Below are positions 24,701 through 35,127 of a stretch of 59,644 bases of DNA, in pieces. Source of the stretch: Chara braunii (Eukaryota; Plantae; Charophyceae); NCBI GenBank assembly GCA_003427395.1, contig BFEA01000032.1:224206-283849 (forward strand). Reading direction: 5' to 3'. Position 1 is the stretch's first letter. Each line of letters begins with the position of its first letter. Position numbers and translations under genes: made by a program. The notes under the pieces were generated by a model that saw nothing but the letters and a program-made list of their open reading frames with translations, was not told where the DNA came from and searched no databases.

Positions 24701-26936
24701 ATTGCGAATTGGCAGACCGGTCAGACTGCTGCCTACCTGGGGCTGCGGCGGTGTAGGAAGGAAGGAGCGCGGGGGTGAGTGTTAGAGAGAAGAGGCGATA
24801 GGGGGTGTGAACCAGGACGCAAATTCACGCTGGGTACACTCTACAGAGGGAAACAGAGATGGCGGATAGCAAGCTCGAGCGCAGCACGGAGGCGGGAGCG
24901 CATGTGATTGAGGGTGGATCTGGATGAGTGGGAGATGGCTACGGGGTTTTTCGGCCATGGTAAGCATGATGGCGTAGTTAGATTAGTGAGAGGGTTAGTA
25001 GAAAACGGGCTAATACAGAAAACTATTGCGCGGAGCTATGGCGGGAAGTGAGGGAGAAGGAAGACAAAAATGAAGATCTCGCTCGTTTCTTAGCGAAAAC
25101 GAGCGAGGGAGGAGGCGAATCCGGGGTTCTAGCCCCCGACGAGTACGTTAGTGTTGTTAGTTTTAGTAGTAGATGAGTAGAAAACGAGAAAAAGGAGAAA
25201 GAGGCCGCGCGAAGGTGGCGGGAATGGCTATGGGGAGAACGATCCCTCGCTCGGTTGGTAGTGGAATCGATTGGAATAGGCCCGGCGAGGTAGATTATAG
25301 TTTTAGATGTGGAGTCAGCATGTTAGTGTTAGTACTATAGGGGTCAAAGATTGCATTGTGCGTGAACTACGAGGAGGAGACTGAAAAAAAAAAAAAAAAA
25401 AAAAGGAAAGGGTGAACGAACCCGGACGCGTTTCTGCATCAGATTCCTTCGCAGGTTCTGATGGGGAAACAACGAGTATGGCGAGTCAGAAATTCTGTAG
25501 TTCACCCGATCCTTGACGGAATCAGGCGAACCAAGAGTCGCTCCGTGGGTATTGGGCTGGGGTGAACACATTTTTGAAGTTAGATTAGGAAGCGGGTTAA
25601 TAGAACTAGAGTTAGTGGAGGAGGTGGTGCGCAGCTATGGCAAAGTGAGGGAGCGGGCAGTGAGACCAGGGGAAGGGGGCTGCAGGCTATTTGCCTAGCC
25701 GGAGTACTGCCCGCAGTATTGAATACGGTGGTGGGGGTCAGCCACGGGATGACAAAGGCTATCGTGCGGAGTGGAGCGCTGCCTTTCTCAACGGGGGAGC
25801 AGCCGGGGAGCTTGCGGGCCTAACTACTGAATAAGGTACTACATATCTTATCCGTCTGCACGTGTGGGAAAACTAGTCACAGAAAGTTGCGGGTTCACAT
25901 GTTGGCCGCAAGCTGTTGGCCGCAAGCTGTTGGCCGACAGCCTGCGGCTCATTTGAGCCGTTTTTCACTAAGGTATCGCTAATGGGACCACGCATGTAGT
26001 TATTCGTTGTATGCCATTGAGCATTCGGAGTGGCACTGACCACTATTGCGCGCTGTATGCTATACTGGCCACAACTACCGTGGCAAACCAGATTCGGCAA
26101 GACTACAGTTACCATTACTGCTTGTTGACGGTGTGGTTCGCTGTCTTGTGTCAGCTGCATATGCTTCTGCGCTGGTATCGTGCATATTACTACTCATTGA
26201 GGTTGAGTGTCCTGCTGCGGCAGCTACTGGGCCTATCGTAGGCTACGGCGTTGGTCCGAAGTTTGACTGTTTGGGCCAACGTGATTGCGGGGGGGGCGAA
26301 AGGCGTAACATGAAGGAGTAGCCAACCTATGAGAGAAGAGTGGGGCTAGAGTTCGGAGGTTCGTCCGGGGATTAGAGTTCAGCAGTTTGACGTCAGGCTG
26401 ACTGAGCAGCTGACACATGGCCGCCATTGCGGGGCCCTCAGGCACGTAAAGGTCTCAAGGCCCTCTCCTGCGAGTCGGGAGCACCCTCCTTGGATCTAAG
26501 AGACTGAAATCTTCTACCTCTACCCTTCTTACTCCAACTCTAGTCTATTGGTTCTGAGAGGAAGGCGGAAGGCGGGATTGCAACCCGTAGGTTCGCGTCA
26601 AGACTCTGTGGGGAGTCCACCCACCGATTGCGGGAGCTCTGCCGGAACTCATGAGGAGTTCTGGAGGCAGGGAATCGTCAGGTAAACCATTTCCATATGT
26701 ACAACCTACGACCACCCATGTTTTGCCTATCCCCCTGTAATATGACTGCTGTATGCATGAGATTATCCCTATGGTTTTTTTTTTCCCTTCAAGACCCAAT
26801 CAGACTGAATGGAAGGAACGTGTGAAAGTGAAATTTAAGTTTCTTTTTTGTTTTGACTGAAAGCAGACTAAGGTATGAATTGGGGGAAGGTGGGAGGAAG
26901 GCAGTTTTGCATGCGTTTGGAAGGGTCAACCAAAGT

Positions 26937-27619
26937 CTGAGCATTGTTTCTACTGTGAATGGCTCAGGGCTATGTTTATTTGGCTATTTTCTGAAGGACC
27001 ACACATTGTTTCTACTGTGAATGGCCTGGTTGCTATGTTTATCTAGTTGTTTTCTGGAGGACCAGGCATTGTTTCTACTGTGAATGGCCTGTTTACTCTA
27101 GTTAACTCTGGGGGTTTGCCTAATTGAAGGGGTTTAAATTCTTGGTTTATTCTGAGGGAGGATTTCTGGTCTAAGGCTAAGCATTGTTTCTACGGTGAAT
27201 GGTTTAGCCTGAAAACCACGCACATAAGTTAAACTGAGTATAAAGGGAAAATACTTTATATATATTTGCATGTGAACTGGCAGCTGGGCATTGTTTCTAC
27301 TGTGAATGGTGCAGCGTTAAGCCATATCATTAAGAAGAGAAAAGGAAAAATACAAAGTATAAATGAAAATAGTCTGGGCAAGCTGAACATTGTTTCTACT
27401 ATGAATGGTTCAGCCCCCTGCCCATATTTATTTTTCTTTTGAAAACAAAGTCAGAGGAATACTAAACTTTGGATGTTAAACATCTCAGGGCGACTAGGCA
27501 TTGTTTCCATGGCGAATGACCTAGTCATCTGCCCAAAAGAAGAGGGAAGTAGTTGTGCAATCTGTTCGTGTGTATCTTAAAGACAAGTTGGGCATTGTTT
27601 CCATGGCGAATGGTCCAAC
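26937..27619 (+). repeat. Array of 8 bulged hexaloop hairpins (cattgtttc-N6-gaatg core) in B2
   Basis: Copies at ~26937, 26997, 27061, 27175, 27282, 27382, 27492 and 27587. Flanking stems differ but pair (ctgag/ctcag, ggctaag/tttagcc, gctgaa/ttcagc, gactagg/cctagtc). Confidence 0.92.
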
Positions 27620-27929
27620 TCTATGTCTTATGTAAGTTGGGTATAAAAGTTAAAGGACTTGAAGATTCATTAACTATTTATATGGAATAAACTTGGGTTG
27701 GTGAGAGTACTTACCTTTGTGGTCTGGTTTGCATGTGGCTGAGTGATAACACTACTTATCTGAGTTCCAGTTTGATAGGTAGTTGCTTTAGCTGCTCGCC
27801 GTGTGCTAGAGTCATAGGAGTTAGTGTCAATTCCTACATTTTCTGTAGTAACTTTTTTTACTTAGGTCAATTCTTGCATTTTCTGAGATATTTTTTTATA
27901 CTTGGCTTTGTATAAATCTTAGCAAGCTA

Positions 27930-28535
27930 CTTTCCCTACGGGAAGCGCTGCCGAAATTTCTACAAATCCAAGGAGTTAGTCGAATTTTGACTTATCAAAA
28001 GTTCAACTTTGTCTTTCTTATATCTGACTTAGTAAAAATCTGGAAAGTCTTATTTTCTAAAGGGAGTGTTGTACAAATTTTTGCTAATTCAGGGAGTTAG
28101 ACAAAATTGGACTTTGAGAAGTCAAAGTTACTTTCAAAATTTGGACTTAGCTTTGTACAAATTTTGGAATAACACTTTTCTAGAGGAAGTGCTGCCGAAA
28201 TTTCTACAAAATTAAAGGAGTTAATTAAATTATGTCTAAAGTTGAGGTCGAGCTGTATTTCGAATTCATATATGACTTAGTATAAATCTAGGAAGTCTCC
28301 CTTTCTAAAGGGAGTGCTGCCCAAATTTCTGTTATTTCAGGAAGTTAGACATAAATTTGACTTTCCAGAGTTTGAGATTATTTCTATTTTCATATTTGGA
28401 CTTATATAATTTCTGGAAAGACACTTTTCCTATGGGAAGCGCTGCCGAAATTTTCTTAGTTTAGAGAAGATATATTAGATTTTGACAGGTGACGATTCTG
28501 GCGATCCACCCTTAATAGGGGAGATTCTGCCATTA
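27930..28535. repeat. ~123-bp period repeats (ggaagcgctgccgaaatttct..ggagttag) in B2
   Basis: 5-6 units. Homologous arrays at ~20330-20545, 35755-36235 and 43165-43525. Confidence 0.8.
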
Positions 28536-31500
28536 GTCTACCTTTATTTTGGGCACTTGCTTAGAGGTAGGCTTAGATAAAGTTAACTAGGATGATTTGG
28601 GTAAAATCATGATATGGAGTTGTATTCTCCATGCGCTTATGATTTTAGTTTGGGGATTGACTTGTCTTGTGTTACAGGTCTTCTTGATCGATTGAGTCAG
28701 AATTTTGACTAGTTTCAGCTTGATCCTACAAGGATCATCTTCTGTTATCACTGATAACAGGTCGGTTGCCGATTCGTCGGTTTACGATTCAACTCCAATC
28801 CACTTATGTCACTCAACCTAAAGACTTTAGCCTTGTGATTGAACTGTTTTGTTATGTTTTCACCCGAACTTTATTAAATGGTCATCCAACAAAAGTACTG
28901 AGTATTTATTTAAGAGTTGCATGAGTGAGGCTTGTATGGCTAAAGCAAGGGGTATGAGTGCAAGGAATGGTTGAAGTTAACCCCGTGTAGTGCGTGAACT
29001 TCTGGATGAATCTTTGATGTGAATGCAGGTATGGTTGTGGTTCGGACTCTGAATGTGATTGCTTGCGATTTCATACATATATGGCTGAGAGGAGTCTTAC
29101 TGTGACTGTGAGAAGTGATCGTCCTATATAATTAACCCTCATATATTTACGAGTACCTTGAGTATTTTGAGAGACCTGCCGTATTTGTGCATAAGGGCTA
29201 TTCAGATTCGTCCATGTATAAATAAGTCTTGTATATATATATTTATATGTGCCTTGGGTAGGCGCGAGGTTTACTGTGATCGTGCGCAAGGGTTAGCCAG
29301 ATTGTCTCTTGAGAGAAAATGGGGATTCCCTTTTTACCCTTGCTTTTTAAAGTTTGTATGGTTGCACGTTGTAGTCCGTGGCAGCCGTCAAAGTCAAACC
29401 CCTCGACTTCTGTTCGGACCCGGAGTGAGACTCATCTCCATGGCAGTAAGAAACGACTGTCACCACAGGTATGGACCTGTGTACCATCCACTGTGCACAG
29501 AGTGCAGGAGAGGGTGTGTGGTCCTCAACCGCTCATGGCGGTTGTCCAGCGTCGAGAGATTAACCCTCAAGGCGCGTGTCATCCTACACTTGAGTGTCGA
29601 ATACGACCCTCGAGATTAAAGAGGACCACGTGAGTATGGGTACTACAGAGTACACCATCATTGCGACTGCTTGCGTACGCCTGCATTGCGAGTCGATATG
29701 AGTTAGCCCTGCGTCCGCGCGGTTTTATCTTAAGTTTCACGCGCGACGCCTATCCGATTTTCGCATCAGAGAGTTATGGGTTGGCTACCGAGGGGCTAGG
29801 AGCGTTGTCGCGTTGTTCGTGTTGTGCCGTGTTGTATGCGTGTGTGTGTGTTTTATTTTTTTGTTCGTAGAGTGGTGTGCGCGTGGTGTGTGGGATGTGT
29901 TCTAGTCGACCGGCGACGAACCGCGCTTGGGACCTCAGCCCCCCAAGATGTCGGTTCGCATGCAGGTCCGATAGAGGCGTACTAGAGCGCGTACCCCCTA
30001 TGCTACAGCGAACGAGAAACGCCCTCGACTGGTCCACCTCTGCGATTGCAACTGATTAGCCGTCGTACTGTGGACTGGTAGCTCGACGGGGATACGCCCA
30101 CCAAAGGGAGGTGACAGCTCCCGTAAGGTGAAGGTAAGTCGTGCCTCGTGTAGGCCCTATCCTGTCGTAGGGGCTCGCGAGAGGTATGGCTGGCGCACTC
30201 GGTCGGAGCGGCTTGTGGAAGCTCCATGTATATTTGTGACGAAGGATTTAGATCTAACTCCTCCGTGAAGCGGCCGGGAGGGTCCCGCGCTGCCCTGGTG
30301 CGGTGCCACACAGATGCGCTCGACAACGTGGCCCGACATGCATGCCGTGTCACGAAACAGTCACCGTGTTGGCGGCAGCAGGGCTGGCCAGCGGTAAGGG
30401 CTGATGGGGTATGCAGGCGTAGCCTGAGTGAGGTCATAGGCGATACCGTATTGGGCTAAGCTCTTCATAAGGGAAAGTTGCTCCTATTCAAGTGTGGAAT
30501 AGGAGCTAGCCCAGTGGGATATCGTACCAGACTCGTGACCAACACCTCAGAACAAAACAAGAAAACTCTTCACATCAGACAACCCTCAGAAAATAAACAT
30601 AGCAACCAGACCATTCAGCTTAGAAACAATGTCTGACCCTTCAGAAAATAGCCAAATAAACATAGCCCTGGGCCATTCAGCTTAGAAACAATGCCCAGTC
30701 CTGGGTTGACCCGGTTAAATGCATGCAGTCTACCTTCCTCCCACCTTCCCCCTGTTCACCCCTTAGTCTTCTTTCAGACAAAAATAAGGATGAAACTTAA
30801 ACTTCACTCTCATGTATTCCTTCTATTCAATCTGATTATATCCTGAACAAAAGCAAAATCATAGGAACAATCTCATGCATACATCAGCCAAACTAAAGGG
30901 AGATAAACAAACAGGGGTATAATGGGGTCATACAGATAGAGAATGATATACCTGATGGTTCCCTGCCTCCAGAACCTCTCCTAGATTCCGGCAGAGCTCC
31001 CGCAATCGGTGGGTGGACGCCCCACAGAGTCTTGCTGCGGTCCTACGGGTTGCAATCCCGCCTGCCGCCTTCCTCTCGTAACCGGGATTAGACTGAGATT
31101 AAGAAAGACAGAATGAGGGGTTTCAGACGCTCGAGATACAAGAGAGGGACAACTCAACTCTCAGGAGAGGGCCTTGACACCTTCACTCGCCTGAGGGCCC
31201 CGCAATGGCAGCCAAAACGCAATCGCAACTTGTTGACTCTCTGACAACCCTTCAACTCGCATCAGTAATTCTCCTTTCAACGATCTCAAGTCCTTCCGCA
31301 AACTCGAGATCTGAAAGAGTCCGCCCGTAACCCAAAACACGGATCGTGGATCAAAGACAGTCAGGTTTCTCTCCCTCTCCATAGTGAAGCAACAATGCGA
31401 CCTAACGAGCCATGCAGCGAGCAGAGTCTGCGCAGATACCGGTTATACAGTCGCCACCAAGTCTCAACAAGCACCCTGTTCACAGCCAGGCCCCGTTGCT

Positions 31501-33393
31501 TCACTTGATCGGGTAACCAACATGGCCGATCAGCAAGTGAGTCTTCAAACTCGTTGTCCTTTCCTCACTACTGGGTACGTCGGAATATGCAGTGTGCTGG
31601 CTGAACAGATTAGCCCGCCTTTGCTTTCCCGTACTGCAGAAGGGGCGGTGACACTGGTAAATGGCTAGGCATGCACCTTTGCGGCTAGCCTGTTGCTGCG
31701 CAGGCTGATGGGATGAGTGACACTCTGATCAAACGCGAGATTTGCAGTCTCACAACTGATCTTTGAACACAATAACCTCTTGAGGACCATCAACAACAAC
31801 CAGTCTCTAACAGCGCCGTCTCTGCAGAGTTAGTGACACCTTACTATGTTAGTAGACTTGGCCCCAATGCCAACCGTAGGCCCCTTACTCAGTCAGCGCA
31901 CCGTTAAGCACAGTAGCCTGACTTCCGGTTCATCCTCGCGTTGCTTGCCCTGCCTCCAGAGGCCAGCTCCGATGACAAGGCGTAAGCAGATCCTGCCCTG
32001 CAACTTCGTCAGCCTCGACCTGGTAAGTATAACGATCATTCTTATCACATGCTACAACCCCCAGGGCATAACCATATCTAAACAGCGATCCCGACTAGCA
32101 GAATGGCGATCCAAATACGAAGGTTAGGCTAGCAGCAGGGTTGAGCACAACCATCATGGGGCCGAGGACCTACAAGGGAGGAGGAACTGCCAATGTCTGA
32201 CCATGAGAAAATGCACCCGCGACAAACAATTATTCAATCTAGCAGCCTGTCTCACATTACCTTCACCGATACGAGGAGCGAAATCCAACGAATCTATCGC
32301 CAGAACCCAAAAATACGCTCGGCTACTTCGACGCCTTTTCCCTATACGTACGCACCGACCAACAGGTAGGTCTCCAAACCCGCGGCTAGCTTCATAGTAC
32401 CCCTGTCGTTAGAATGAGTTAGAATGGGCGAAATCGAATGAATCTTCCGCTAGAACACGGAGAGATTCATTGCCCATTCTTTCTGAGCGCAGCCCATAGC
32501 TCATGTAGCATCGAAGCTATAACTCTGACGCTGAATCTTACTCCACAAATCATCTCGCGATGTAGAAAGACCTCAGAAACAACCCTCGGTTCGTCCGTAT
32601 TCACCAAGAGGTAGGTAATCACGTGATTTTCGCCGTTGTCATAGCCATCTCCTCCTCTACCTCAGCGCACTTACTTTCCTTACTAACTCTTCTTCTACTA
32701 ACTGCTACGTTATTCTAACCGCAGGTTCGGGCTCGTCAGCCCCTAAAACCCCGGACCCGAGCCCTCGCTTGCGTGATCCCGTTCAAGAACGAGGGAGGCA
32801 CACATTTTTTTATTCTCCTATCTCTTTGCTCCACCATAGCTTAACGCACGTCTTCTTGTCTACTAACTCCTAACTTATTACTAAAACTAATTTTATGTTT
32901 GAAGTCGCCCGACCTCAGGGTCCCGAAAAGGACACTTCCCACGCTCGTTTCTGATAAGTAACGGGTGAGATTTTCGATCTCGAATCTCACCACCACTTCT
33001 CTTTCGACATCGCCACACACTCTATCCTTCAACTAAATCGTCTCCCACTTATCCTCCTCCTAATCTAACTGTATACTTGAAGTCCCCCTGGCCCGGACCC
33101 TCCGTTTCGGATCTTCCCCCGCCTGTTTTCATCAAGAATCGGGCGACCTTCACGTTTTTCCCACTTCATCCCGATTACCATCTCCATCCTTCCGCCATCT
33201 CTCGGCGCACCCCGTTTCTCACTAGCCTCCTACCCTACTAATCTAACAGTCATTCCTACCTTTCCATTGGGGGTGGTGGGGTCCGTAGTTGTGGTTTCCC
33301 TCGCTTCCCGCGTGGCTAGCATCGATAGCCTGAAGTGGGAGAGGAATGGAGAGCATTCCGAGCGAGGCTTGTGAGGCTGCAGTCAGGAGATCG

Positions 33394-33590
33394 TGGGGAT
33401 TGCCGCGGGTGCATCATCCGTTGGCGGTGGTCCGCAGTGAGCGGTTCGAGTGGGACGTGCCCTTGAACCTGGAAAGAGGGGGGCTAGGCCTGACCCAGTT
33501 GACCAGGGGCATCAGGGCAGAAGCCCGCTGCACCACCGTGCAAATCGTCCGTCGGACTCGGGTATAGGGGAGAAAGACTAATGGAGCAAA
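33394..33590 (+). pseudogene. Degenerate 25S/28S rRNA fragment in B3
   Basis: gtgcaaatcgtccgtcggactcgggtataggggagaaagactaat plus upstream ggttcgagtg and gggtgcatcatccg. Same LSU interval as in B2. Confidence 0.8.
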
Positions 33591-33854
33591 CCAGCGGCAG
33601 CTCTCTTCTGAAGCTCTTTGAGAGTGCGTGGCGGGACTGCGCTAGGCATCAACGAACGACAAAGCGGGCTGCGCCGGGCACTGGGAAACTATTGCGGGCG
33701 GAAAGCTGCGTCATCCCTATTTCAACGTGGGCAGGGTGGAGAATTTTTCGTCGGTACGCTGCGTCCGACGACGTAGTAACTGAGCCCGGCCAGTCGGTCC
33801 CGATACTAGCCTCGGAACTGATTCGCGAAGCCAAAACAATAAAAATGCAGTAGA

Positions 33855-33855
<1 letters not shown>

Positions 33856-33914
<59 letters not shown>
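33856..33914. repeat. (TAA)n microsatellite
   Basis: Direct reading. Confidence 0.95.
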
Positions 33915-33916
<2 letters not shown>

Positions 33917-34594
33917 GAACTCGTGGAACTCAACAAAAATAAGGGAGCCAGGGGGCCACGCGCCCCACTGGTCTGCAATGCCGCGCACCACTGAGCCACG
34001 TATGGTTGCGCCTTGCCGTCAATACCCCGTGCGCGCCACTCACCCTTGCGGGGACCTAAGCTTTCTCTCGCGCGCACGCCGACAGACGGGCGAGGCCGCA
34101 CTCGCGTGACTTGCAGAAAAGACGCCAAATACCCTTGTAAGGGTAATTGGGAGGACACCGCCACCCCCATCTAGGTGCAGCTTCGAAGTGGCTGTATAAA
34201 GCCATTTCCAGCTGCTGTTGAAATCAACAATCTGCTGTCACTTCAAGGTCTAGATGCTTCTCTACCCTGCATCTGGACTGAGGTCGCGAACGAATTCGTG
34301 ACCATTTTTTTTTCCCCCCAATTTTTATCCCCCCCCTTAGTCATTTCACAGAGTCGAACAAGAGTCAAGCTCATTAGGGTCTTCTCCCCTCTGGCGCGCA
34401 CGAACCTAGCTCGGTTTAGGTGCCATGTTCGGGCGCCACTTCGAGTAGTTGTTGCCTGTCCAAAACGAACAGGCGCATCTACAATGAGAAGCGACAGAGA
34501 AGAGGGGGGGAACCCAAAAACATATGGCGGTGTATTTTCCTCTGCCTTAGGGCAGATTCATTCGATTTTGCTCACCTTGCACACACACCTACTC

Positions 34595-34649
34595 AGACTG
34601 TCGGGGTGCAACCTCCTGATGAGTCGGTGCAAATCCGATGAAATAGTCT
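34595..34649 (+). ncRNA. Type III hammerhead ribozyme
   Basis: agact-GTC^-gggg[tgcaa]cctc-CTGATGA-gtcgg[tgcaaat]ccgat-GAAA-tagtct: full catalytic core, stems I-III paired, predicted cleavage after C34602. Confidence 0.88.
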
Positions 34650-35032
34650 AACATAGTCATCCCCTACTACGGCCCTTCGTCAAAACAAACGGGGACTTAA
34701 GTAAAAAAACGAACAAGAGGGGGAAAAAATCTAAATCTAAAAAGAATTAAAAAAAAAATCTTAAAACAAAAACTTAGACAAAAGAAAACTTAAAAAAAAA
34801 AAAAAAAAATTTACCTCAGAAAACAATGGCTGCCAATTTTCGATGGGCGCCTGCTGTCTTTCCTAGGGGACACTAAGTCCCCTTACTTCTGCTAGCGCCA
34901 CCTGGCGCATCGTTTCAGTTTAGTTTTAGATTAATTTTTTATTTTTTTCCAATTTCTCATCACGTTCGTGGGCTCATCCAGGAACTGTTGAAATACAGAG
35001 GCTAGTTCGATCCCCCTCCTGGGATCGAGGCG

Positions 35033-35092
35033 AAATTTGGGCTGTCTCTCGATTCATGCGTGTCATCCGTGCGCAGGGGTCATACTAATCTC
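35033..35092 (-). pseudogene. U6: U6 snRNA 3' half
   Basis: Reverse complement gagattagtatgacccctgcgcacggatgacacgcatgaatcgagagacagcccaaattt matches the plant U6 3' half. Confidence 0.88.
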
Positions 35093-35127
35093 CACGCGAC
35101 TGTTTTCAGCTGCGCGATCTCATCAAC

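Larger units (their letters stand above)
22900..30325 (+). mobile_element. Element B2, 7426 bp non-coding TG...CA element (giant solo-LTR-like)
   Basis: tgtcagtgcg...gcgctcgaca with perfect 4-bp TSD ACGT (22896-22899 / 30326-30329). 5' palindrome ataccctt-ac-aagggtat. No long ORF. Confidence 0.88.
30541..34157 (-). mobile_element. Element B3, 5' half (inverted)
   Basis: Reverse strand starts tgtcctcccaattacccttacaagggtat at 34157, flanked by ccgc (GCGG on minus). Contains the inverted GC block (~30950-31200) and two array hairpins (~30606-30700). Confidence 0.82.

Noticed and set aside
26937-27619. True CRISPR array (tttctactgt recalls Cas12a repeats)
   Set aside because: Eukaryotic transposon context, no cas genes, irregular spacing, spacers homologous between element copies, and repeat flanks that pair within each unit.
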